A stretch of 50,891 nucleotides of DNA from an uncultured Bacteroidales bacterium (GTDB lineage Bacteria > Bacteroidota > Bacteroidia > Bacteroidales > UBA4417). The notes below the pieces were generated by a model. The model was not told where the DNA came from. It saw only the letters and a program-made list of their open reading frames with translations, and searched no databases. Where the stretch lies: the NCBI GenBank assembly GCA_903878265.1, contig CAIRHD010000560.1, positions 1-50,891 on the forward strand. The letters are read 5' to 3'. Of the stretch, positions 43,578 to 50,891 are shown in pieces (position 1 is the stretch's first letter; the number at the start of each line of letters is the position of its first letter). A program made the translations under genes and the position numbers.

Positions 43578-44089
43578 AGTGATTTTAATTGTTTGGTTAG
43601 TATTCAATTCTTCGTTTGGTGGCAGCCTTACAGATTTGTATTCGTTAAAAAAAAAGCAAAATATGTCCGAATAAACTGTTGGGATTCAGGTTTTTTGAGT
43701 GTATTTCCTAATCTTTGAAAAAACAAAATTATTCATGTGAATCAAACCAGTAAACAACATGGCAGCTGGATGTTAAATGGACTTATATTTTCAATCTTTT
43801 ACAAAGTCCGGAAAGATTTTACGTTTAGCGTGCTTTGGCACATATTACTTGCCAAAGGTAAAATTAATTCCTCACAATTTAGGTAATTTGGTTTCCCTTA
43901 ATTCCAAACTTGCCAATTTATAGAGGTAAAGTAATTTTAATCTTCACATTAGCTGCTTAATAGCAATTATTCAGCCTTGAGTTTTCATGGTTTTGCACCT
44001 TCAAAATGACAAATCGAAAATCACAAACAGCAAATTCAAAACCAATCCTCATTTCCTGTACCTTTGCACCTCAAAAATCAGATAAGAAC

Positions 44090-45160
44090 ATGTTAGATAA
44101 GCTGTCAGCCATAAACGACCGTTACCTTGGAATTGCAAAACAAATCAATGATCCTGACGTGATGCAGGATATGAAAGCATACATTAAACTTAGTAAAGAT
44201 TATAAAGAACTTCAGCCCATAATTGAAGGGTATAAAAAATTCAAGAATATTGTTGAAGGCATCGAAGCCGGGCGCACCATACTTGAGGAAGAAAAAGACG
44301 AGGAAATGCGTTCTTTTGCACGGGAAGAAATTGAATCGCTCACCGAACAGCGTGCGAAATTAGAAGAGGAAATCCGCCTCATGCTTATCCCTTCCGATCC
44401 ACAAGATGTTAAAAATGCGGTAGTTGAAATCCGTGCTGGCAGCGGTGGCGACGAAGCCAGCATTTTTGCCGGCGACCTTTACCGCATGTATGTTCGCTAT
44501 TGCGAACGCAAAAACTGGAAAATTGAGCCTGTTAGCATGACCGAAGGAACCATGGGCGGTTTCAAGGAAGTGATATTTGAAGTGAAAGGCGACGGTGTTT
44601 ATGGTTTGTTGAAATACGAATCGGGAGTACACCGGGTTCAACGTGTCCCAGATACTGAAACTCAGGGCCGCATACATACTTCGGCCGCTTCGGTTGCCAT
44701 TTTACCCGAAGCCGATGAATTTGATGTGGATGTTAAGCCAAGCGATATCAGAAAAGACACTTATTGCTCTTCAGGTCCTGGTGGACAAAGCGTTAATACA
44801 ACCTACTCGGCCGTTCGGCTCACCCATGCTCCTACTGGAATTGTGGTTGCCATTCAGGATGAAAAATCGCAGATGAAGAATTTCGAAAAAGCAATGACCG
44901 TTCTTCGTACCCGTATTTTTGAAATGGAATACCAGAAATACTTGGACGAAATTTCGAAAAAACGCAAAACGATGGTTTCTTCCGGTGACCGTTCAGCAAA
45001 AATACGCACGTACAATTACCCACAAAGCCGTGTTACCGATCATCGTATTGGTTTGACCATGTACAACTTACCAGTTTTTTTGGATGGTGAAATTCAGGAT
45101 TTTATCGATTCGTTGCAATTGGCCGAAAATGCTGAACGCTTGAAAGAAGTTACGGAATAA
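44090..45160 (+). CDS. prfA: Peptide chain release factor 1
   Basis: [13 protein letters not shown]...; [26 protein letters not shown] (P-x-T tripeptide context); [19 protein letters not shown] (GGQ motif). The ORF-track start at 44006 adds 28 non-conserved residues. Confidence 0.95.
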   Translation: MLDKLSAINDRYLGIAKQINDPDVMQDMKAYIKLSKDYKELQPIIEGYKKFKNIVEGIEAGRTILEEEKDEEMRSFAREEIESLTEQRAKLEEEIRLMLIPSDPQDVKNAVVEIRAGSGGDEASIFAGDLYRMYVRYCERKNWKIEPVSMTEGTMGGFKEVIFEVKGDGVYGLLKYESGVHRVQRVPDTETQGRIHTSAASVAILPEADEFDVDVKPSDIRKDTYCSSGPGGQSVNTTYSAVRLTHAPTGIVVAIQDEKSQMKNFEKAMTVLRTRIFEMEYQKYLDEISKKRKTMVSSGDRSAKIRTYNYPQSRVTDHRIGLTMYNLPVFLDGEIQDFIDSLQLAENAERLKEVTE

Positions 45161-45207
45161 TGTAGGTTTATAGAACTCAGAATCAACAATTTTTCAAAAC
45201 ATTTTAA

Positions 45208-46050
45208 ATGAACCGCCTCGACCTCTTCCACCTTATCCAACAAAAAAAATCCTTCCTTTGTGTTGGGTTAGACAGCGATTTGAACAAAATACCAAAATAC
45301 CTTCTCGATTCGGAAGATCCTGTATTTGAGTTTAATAAACTGATTATTGATTCGACTTTGCGGTATGCGGTTGCTTATAAACCAAACCTTGCTTTTTACG
45401 AAAGCCGTGGCATAAAAGGAATGGTTAGCTTGCAGAAAACGATGGATTATCTGGATGTTTTCAAAAATGAGGTTTTTACCATTGCTGATGCCAAACGTGG
45501 TGATATTGGGAACACTTCCACCCAATATGCCATTTCAGTTTTCGACAAACAGGCTTCGGGTTTCAGTTTTGATGCTATTACAGTGGCACCATATATGGGA
45601 GAAGATTCTGTCAAACCATTTCTTGCATTTCCGGGCAAATGGGCAATCGTGCTGGCTCTTACATCAAATAAAGGATCAGATGATTTTCAATTGTTTACTG
45701 ACGAAAATCAAACCAAATTGTTTGAGCGAGTGCTTGATCGCACCTCAAAATGGGGTACTGCCGACAATATCATGTATGTGGTTGGTGCCACAAAAGCTGA
45801 AATGCTCGAAGGAATCCGCATAATTGTTCCTAATCACTTCCTGTTGGTTCCTGGTGTTGGCGCTCAAGGTGGCGACCTCCAAACTGTTGCCAAATATGGC
45901 TTGAACGACCATTGTGGCATTTTGGTAAATGCTTCGAGGAGCATACTTTTCGCTTCCGATGGCAGGGATTTTGCTGAAAAAGCGTCATTGGAAGCCTTTT
46001 CCATGCAACAAGAAATGGAAAGTATATTGCTTGATAATCAATTAATTTAA
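45208..46050 (+). CDS. pyrF: Orotidine 5'-phosphate decarboxylase (type 2, long form)
   Basis: 280 aa. LCVGLDSD, KPNLAFYE, IADAKRGDIGNT and VPGVGAQGG are characteristic OMPdecase motifs. Confidence 0.9.
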   Translation: MNRLDLFHLIQQKKSFLCVGLDSDLNKIPKYLLDSEDPVFEFNKLIIDSTLRYAVAYKPNLAFYESRGIKGMVSLQKTMDYLDVFKNEVFTIADAKRGDIGNTSTQYAISVFDKQASGFSFDAITVAPYMGEDSVKPFLAFPGKWAIVLALTSNKGSDDFQLFTDENQTKLFERVLDRTSKWGTADNIMYVVGATKAEMLEGIRIIVPNHFLLVPGVGAQGGDLQTVAKYGLNDHCGILVNASRSILFASDGRDFAEKASLEAFSMQQEMESILLDNQLI

Positions 46051-46056
46051 GGAATT

Positions 46057-47196
46057 ATGAAAAAGAAACCCATTCGTATTCTATTTTACTCTATTGGTTT
46101 TCTGTTACTCATTATTTTATTGATGCCGGCACATTACCGCATGGCAATAATTCATGGCCATGCAAATATTGATGACTATACGATTTTTGAAAACCGGGAA
46201 GTTCATACAACAAAAACTATCCCCTGGCAATACGATTCGTTATATAATACCCAAACTATCAATCCAGCGCAAATGGCTGTTTTCGATACATTTGGCACTA
46301 CAGCTTATGTTGTAGTCCACAACAATAAAATCATATACGAACACTATTGGGATGGCACTAATGATTCCACACGAAGCAATTCTTTTTCGGCGGCCAAAAG
46401 CATAATTTCCATATTAATTGGATGCCTGTTCGATGAAGGAAAAATCAAAAGTTTCGACCAACCCATTACCGATTTTCTTCCAGATTTTAAAAACACAAAT
46501 GGATTTACCCTCACTATCAAAGATTTACTAACCATGAGTTCCGGTATTGATTGGGATGAAGGTTATTCAAGCCTTTTTTCGCCAACCACAAAGGCATATT
46601 ATGGAAAAAATTTATGGGAACAGGTTTTAGGGTTGAAGATTGGAACTGAACCCGGAAAAATGTTCAATTACCAGAGTTGCAACACGCAATTGCTGGCTTT
46701 GATAGTTGAGAAGGCTTCAGGAAAAACGGTTTCGGAATATGCTTCCGAAAAATTATGGCAACCATTGGGTGCCGAACATCCGGCTTTGTGGAGCCTTGAC
46801 CAAACCGGAGGTGTCGAAAAAGCCTATTGTTGTTTTAACAGCACTGCCCGCGACTTTGCGCGTATTGGCCAAATGGTGCTCGATAGCGGGCAATTCAACA
46901 ACCAACAAATTGTATCAAAAGCCTTTCTGGAACAAGCCTTGGCTCCAGCTACACAACTTAAGGACGAAGCAGGGGATTCCTGTTATTATTATGGGTACCA
47001 ATTCTGGTTGATGACCCACAAAGGTGAAAAAATAGCTTATGCACGGGGGATTTTAGGTCAATATATTATCATAATTCCTGCCTTGGATGCCGTTGTTGTG
47101 CGTCTAGGCACCGACCGAAGCAAGGAATATTTGAACCATGCGCCAAAAGATGCTTATACATATCTGGACGCTGCTTTCGAAATACTTGGAAAATAA
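46057..47196 (+). CDS. Membrane-anchored serine hydrolase of the beta-lactamase (class C / DD-peptidase-like) family
   Basis: There is an N-terminal TM helix. NSFSAAKSIISILIG carries the S-x-x-K motif. 379 aa. Confidence 0.78.
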   Translation: MKKKPIRILFYSIGFLLLIILLMPAHYRMAIIHGHANIDDYTIFENREVHTTKTIPWQYDSLYNTQTINPAQMAVFDTFGTTAYVVVHNNKIIYEHYWDGTNDSTRSNSFSAAKSIISILIGCLFDEGKIKSFDQPITDFLPDFKNTNGFTLTIKDLLTMSSGIDWDEGYSSLFSPTTKAYYGKNLWEQVLGLKIGTEPGKMFNYQSCNTQLLALIVEKASGKTVSEYASEKLWQPLGAEHPALWSLDQTGGVEKAYCCFNSTARDFARIGQMVLDSGQFNNQQIVSKAFLEQALAPATQLKDEAGDSCYYYGYQFWLMTHKGEKIAYARGILGQYIIIIPALDAVVVRLGTDRSKEYLNHAPKDAYTYLDAAFEILGK

Positions 47197-47315
47197 TCCT
47201 ACTTCTTGCTTTCCATTAATTGTTTTCAGATTCATTTTGGACAAATAACTGCCGACACAGCCCAAATCAAAAAGGCCACCCAAAGGCAGCCTTCTCAATT
47301 AAGTAAAAATTTATT

Positions 47316-48653
47316 TTAGCTAATCCTTTCACTTAATGGCAAGCCGTATTCTTCAACCATACGGATATCGAGTTTTTCGAGCTCATCAAGGATTGGGTTA
47401 TAGATTCCCGGCAATACTGGACGGAAAACACCTTTTTCGGTGATTTGTCCGGCAAGTATCATTTCTACACCAATTGCTGCAGGCAAAGCTACAGTACGGG
47501 CTACCGAAGTATCAGTTGCCGGAGTTCCAAAATCAAGCATTCGCGAACGAATAACTTCCTGTTTTCCATCAGGATAAGTAGCGAGGAAAGTGTGCTGCAT
47601 AACAACCATATCGCGTTCGTTCGCTCCAAGTTCCATCTTAGAAATCATCAGGTCGCTGGTAACTTCATACGGCGAATCTTCAGTACGGTTAAGTGGTTCG
47701 TTGCTGAACAGACCAAGCCATTCCATTGCATCAAGTGAGTAAGCATCGGCTGGAATGGCCAAATATGCGGCAACTTTATTCCGGATATCCGAACTGTTGG
47801 AAGCACCAATCTGCAAAGCCATAAAATCTGCATAAGTTTTGCCTTGAAGGTTAACTTTATCATATGAAATCAAGTTCAGTTGTTTCATAACATGCAGAGT
47901 TTCGCACCAACCTTTAAAGCGGAAAGTCCCACGCTGAATAGTCTTAACTTCTGGAATGCCGTAAATTTCGATGTACGAAATGGAATCCCGGTTTGGATAA
48001 ACTTCGAGTTTCCCAACTTCTGGGAAATCAACCTTTAGCGGATTTTTGAAAAGATCTTGGGTTGGAACATATACTTCAACATTGTCTTTCATGTACTTAC
48101 CATCGTTGTTCCCTGCCATTACAACACCTTTCGGACTCCACGAAAATTTATATTTGAATGGGTTTGTTGCAGCTTCGGCAGCAGGCAAAGCTCCGCAAAT
48201 GGAATAAAACTCTTCAATTTTACCACCATGGTTGTGAACATTGTCGATTATACGCATCGCCGACATGTGGTCGATACCTGGATCAAGGCCGAGTTCGTTT
48301 AGGATAATGATACCAGCTTCTTTAGCTTGGGCATCAAGAGCCTGCATTTCAGGCTTCACATACGATGTGGTTACCATGTTTTTTTTGTGCAGAAGACAAT
48401 ACTTGGCTACCAATAAATGGTGAAGATAAGGGAGCAAACTTACCGAAAGATCGTTTTCGGCAACCATACGGCTAAGGGTTTCTTCATCTTCAACAGTCCA
48501 GGCAACAGCAACGCCGTTGGGATGGCCGGCAATCATTTCTTCAGCTTTGCTTTTGGTACGGGTAGCGACTGTTACCTGAATTCCTTTGCTGAGCAAGTGT
48601 TTTACAATAGGGCGGACTACCAAGCCAGCACCCAAGATAAGGACTTTCTTCAT
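47316..48653 (-). CDS. Saccharopine dehydrogenase (SDH, L-glutamate-forming type)
   Basis: MKKVLILGAGLVVRPIVKHLL is a Rossmann motif. The 445-aa length and the colinearity with the LYS9 / AASS C-terminal half, as I recall them, fit this call. Confidence 0.78.
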   Translation of the reverse strand: MKKVLILGAGLVVRPIVKHLLSKGIQVTVATRTKSKAEEMIAGHPNGVAVAWTVEDEETLSRMVAENDLSVSLLPYLHHLLVAKYCLLHKKNMVTTSYVKPEMQALDAQAKEAGIIILNELGLDPGIDHMSAMRIIDNVHNHGGKIEEFYSICGALPAAEAATNPFKYKFSWSPKGVVMAGNNDGKYMKDNVEVYVPTQDLFKNPLKVDFPEVGKLEVYPNRDSISYIEIYGIPEVKTIQRGTFRFKGWCETLHVMKQLNLISYDKVNLQGKTYADFMALQIGASNSSDIRNKVAAYLAIPADAYSLDAMEWLGLFSNEPLNRTEDSPYEVTSDLMISKMELGANERDMVVMQHTFLATYPDGKQEVIRSRMLDFGTPATDTSVARTVALPAAIGVEMILAGQITEKGVFRPVLPGIYNPILDELEKLDIRMVEEYGLPLSERIS

Positions 48654-48679
48654 TTTTTTTTATTTAGATTTTTATGTTT

Positions 48680-48783
48680 GGTGATTGGTTATCGGTTATT
48701 GGTTATTGGTTATTGGTTATTGGTTATCGGTTATTGGTTATCGGTTATTGGTTATCGGTTATTGGTTATCGGTTATTGGTTTG
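48680..48783. repeat. Heptamer tandem array GGTTATY x ~15
   Basis: ggtgatt ggttatc ggttatt ggttatt ggttatt ggttatt ggttatc ggttatt ggttatc ..., read directly. It lies 27 nt upstream of the SDH start codon (minus-strand gene). Confidence 0.92.
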
Positions 48784-48836
48784 TGCTATTTGTTATTAAA
48801 TAGAAAAATTGATGTGTGAATTATTTTTCATGAACA

Positions 48837-48943
48837 GTTAACTATTTTCTGTTAACCATTTTCCATTAACCAATTTCCCATTAACTATTTTCCATAAACT
48901 ATTTCCTAATAACCATTAACTATTTTCCATTAACTATTCCCCC
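48837..48943. repeat. Tandem array of ~14 nt, TTAACYATTTTCCA x ~7, overlapping the stop codon of 48934..50247
   Basis: TTAAC or TAAAC starts occur at 48838, 48852, 48866, 48881, ~48895, ~48909/48916 and 48930. Confidence 0.8.
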
Positions 48944-50247
48944 AGATGCTCTTCCAAATACTTATAATGAGGGGTAAGCTCACCACGATGCAATATGAGG
49001 GCACTTTTAATTGCGTTAGGCAAATCGAGTGTCAAAAAATCCTCATTGAAATCGCAGTCGGAAATTGCTTTCACATAGTTTACAAGTACATCAGCAAAAC
49101 CTGCTGACGAATCGCGTGGAAGTTCGCTCGGAAGGATATCAACCGACATCACCAAAACACCATCGCCTTTATGCCCCATGGTGTAAGTGCGCGAATCAGG
49201 ATGATATACAAAAATGGGGTCTTCAATTTCAGTGCCTTTTTCGGTACATTCAACTGAACCATTCACATCGCAGGAAATATCACCAATCACTTTAAGTTTA
49301 GGTGTTCCGTGGGCAAAGGCTTTTTGAAGGTAATCCTTGGTAACCAGCCGGGGATAGCGGGCATCCCAATAAATGCAATTGATCAGCATGTCGATGTGTG
49401 GGATGTATTTTTCAAAACTGCTTTTGAATTTTCCGGGCGAGTTATAGTATTCATGAAGTTCAAATGCAGATTCTACATCAATAGGTTCAACCAGATGCTC
49501 TTCTTTAAAAACAATTTTATAGATCAGGTTATCAGGAAGTTTGCTACGCCTTTTGAGGGTCAGAAGTTTCTCGGGCGATATTTCTTTCACTGGCAACAGG
49601 CCAATAATTTCCTGCGCGCCTTGCGAAACATTGCCGTAGCCGGTAAATGCAACAGTAAAAGGCCGCAACTCTTCGGGCATGCCTTTTTCCGCAATTTCCT
49701 GCCCAACGGCTGAAATCACTTCGCGCACTTCGGCAAGCGAACTGTATTGATGCGCCTGTTTTATTTGGGCAAAAGGCGTTTTGTAACCTGCTTCCTTTAA
49801 TCGCAAACCCAGCGACCACAACGAATTGATCATGCCAGCCAAGCCTGCATAGCGCCCGAAGAAAATTAGTCTTTTCCCTTGTTCATCAATAACACGCTCG
49901 TAATCAATGAGGTTGCATTTCATTTCCATCATTTTTTTGAGCATAGGCATGTTATAAGCCTGCCCTTTTATGACATGGGAAAAGAAAATATAGGTCTTAT
50001 CTTCTTCAAAAAAAGTTACCGGCATTTCTTTGACTCCAAATATTACGCTACATTTTTTTAAATCCTTTGCGATTTTGGCACCTGCTTTTACGTATTCCTC
50101 GTCAGTAAAAACCCTTTTTTCGGAAGTTTGTACAACGAAATCAAGTTTCTTGTTTTTAATCAACCGCTCTACATGTTTTGGTGTAAGCGGCGCCCTACGT
50201 TCCATCACGTATTTATCTTCGTGGCGTATTCCAATAAAATTGCCCAT
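48934..50247 (-). CDS. Lysine-ketoglutarate reductase-like enzyme (saccharopine dehydrogenase, L-lysine-forming; AlaDH/PNT fold)
   Basis: The N-terminus IGIRHEDKYVMERRAPLTPKHVERLI closely mirrors the LKR-domain N-terminus of eukaryotic AASS (IRREDxNxWERRAPLxPKH). 437 aa. It lies immediately upstream of the SDH gene. Confidence 0.72.
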   Translation of the reverse strand: MGNFIGIRHEDKYVMERRAPLTPKHVERLIKNKKLDFVVQTSEKRVFTDEEYVKAGAKIAKDLKKCSVIFGVKEMPVTFFEEDKTYIFFSHVIKGQAYNMPMLKKMMEMKCNLIDYERVIDEQGKRLIFFGRYAGLAGMINSLWSLGLRLKEAGYKTPFAQIKQAHQYSSLAEVREVISAVGQEIAEKGMPEELRPFTVAFTGYGNVSQGAQEIIGLLPVKEISPEKLLTLKRRSKLPDNLIYKIVFKEEHLVEPIDVESAFELHEYYNSPGKFKSSFEKYIPHIDMLINCIYWDARYPRLVTKDYLQKAFAHGTPKLKVIGDISCDVNGSVECTEKGTEIEDPIFVYHPDSRTYTMGHKGDGVLVMSVDILPSELPRDSSAGFADVLVNYVKAISDCDFNEDFLTLDLPNAIKSALILHRGELTPHYKYLEEHLGE

Positions 50248-50408
50248 TTAATAGCCTTACATTGAGATTTATTGTATATTTATTTCATTTTGCTGAATAT
50301 CAACCATTTAATTACAATAAATGCTTGTTACTAAGGATTGGCAAACATATCAAAAAATTAATACATTTGCACATTAACACTAAAATTGTTTTTCAAATAA
50401 CAATAGGA

Positions 50409-50891
50409 ATGAGCCAAAAGGGTAAATCGTCAGGTTTTCAAAGAGTTAAAAGAATTATTTTCAGGATTGCCCGCTTTGCGCTGATTTTCTTTTTCGGCAC
50501 CAGTATATTTTTCACACTGGTTTATCGTTTTATCAATCCTCCAGCAACCCCGTTGATGCTGATCCGTGTGGTCGAAAATATTTCTGACGGCAACAAACCG
50601 TCTATCACCAAAGATTGGGTTAAACTTTCGGATATTTCGCCCAACATTCCATTAGCAGTAATTGCTTCTGAAGACAATAATTTTGAAAGCCATTTTGGTG
50701 TCGATTTCAAAGCCATCGAAAAAGCCAAAAAGCTGAATGCCAAAGGAAAGAAGATGCGTGGCGCAAGCACCATTACCCAACAAACGGCAAAAAATGTTTT
50801 TCTTTGGCCAGCCCGGAACTATGTACGCAAAGGGCTTGAGCTTTATTTTACAGGTTTGATCGAATTGTTTTGGGGTAAAAAACGCATTATG
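50409..50891 (+). CDS. mtgA: Monofunctional biosynthetic peptidoglycan transglycosylase (GT51), 3'-truncated by the window edge
   Basis: From the ATG at 50409: MSQKGKSSGFQRVKRIIFRIARFALIFFFG (TM anchor) ...AVIASEDNNFESHFGVDF (E-D-x-x-F-x-x-H-x-G) ...RGASTITQQTAKNVFLWP. The frame stays open to base 50891. Confidence 0.88.
   Translation, partial: MSQKGKSSGFQRVKRIIFRIARFALIFFFGTSIFFTLVYRFINPPATPLMLIRVVENISDGNKPSITKDWVKLSDISPNIPLAVIASEDNNFESHFGVDFKAIEKAKKLNAKGKKMRGASTITQQTAKNVFLWPARNYVRKGLELYFTGLIELFWGKKRIM

Noticed and set aside
43578-44089. A riboswitch (cobalamin, TPP or similar) in the ~430-nt region upstream of the TonB-dependent receptor.
   Set aside because: I scanned both strands for the motifs I can recognise by eye (B12 box, the TPP CUGAGA / ACCUGA pair, an SRP-like GUCCGGAAGG). 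I found only a weak GTCCGGAAAG match with no surrounding structure. Nothing supportable was found, and an Infernal/Rfam scan would be needed to exclude it properly.
44006-44089. Long N-terminal extensions suggested by the ORF track: prfA from 44006, the phosphoesterase from 19306, the LRR protein from 15773 and the TonB receptor from 43607.
   Set aside because: In each case an internal Met gives a canonical N-terminus: the conserved RF1 start MLDKL..., or a signal peptide starting MKK.../MWK.... The extension either overlaps the upstream gene or is non-conserved low-complexity sequence.
48417-48803. A 128-aa ORF ending in (LLVIGYW)n, antisense to the start of the saccharopine dehydrogenase gene.
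   Set aside because: The first part is an antisense shadow of the SDH gene, and the tail is a translation of the GGTTATY heptamer array. It has no independent coding signal.

Overview
The window looks like a Bacteroidota chromosomal segment of moderate to low GC. Supporting signs are three proteins with T9SS type-A C-terminal sorting domains, many Cys-lipobox signal peptides, and a TonB-dependent receptor with a CarboxypepD_reg-like N-terminus.

The right third (about 37.8-50.9 kb) is ordinary housekeeping: aminotransferase, APC permease, TonB receptor, prfA, pyrF, a serine hydrolase, a split saccharopine pathway (LKR and SDH) and mtgA. The region 29.9-37.6 kb is an envelope glycan or lipid modification cluster. 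It holds an LTA-synthase-like sulfatase, a GT-C membrane transferase, a methyltransferase-GT2 fusion and two more methyltransferases.

The unusual part is the left half.
(i) 1-9.8 kb and 17.5-27.7 kb carry an expanded and visibly recombining set of exported hydrolases. There are five calcineurin-like metallophosphoesterases of three sequence types. There are four tandem DUF3089-like alpha/beta hydrolases, one of which carries a T9SS tail. An exported PSD/PsiD-like pyruvoyl decarboxylase, an MFS transporter, and an 850-aa T9SS cargo of unknown function with its own beta-barrel OMP complete the set. A membrane-anchored AraC regulator is transcribed divergently from the OMP gene. At least five gene relics (DUF3089 tails, metallophosphoesterase tails) and a roughly 104-nt leader repeated before three different genes record repeated module duplication and replacement.
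(ii) 9.8-17.5 kb is a G/C-richer insert. It holds a single-chain MmeI-like (Type IIG/IIL) endonuclease-methyltransferase candidate, a REP-associated Y1 transposase with a roughly 105-bp-period REP array, an internally duplicated LRR T9SS protein, an orphan 303-aa protein and a 21-bp x 13.6 tandem array.

All four tandem arrays in the window have periods that are multiples of 7 nt. No rRNA, tRNA or CRISPR was recognised. All family names come from motif recognition by eye, not from searches.
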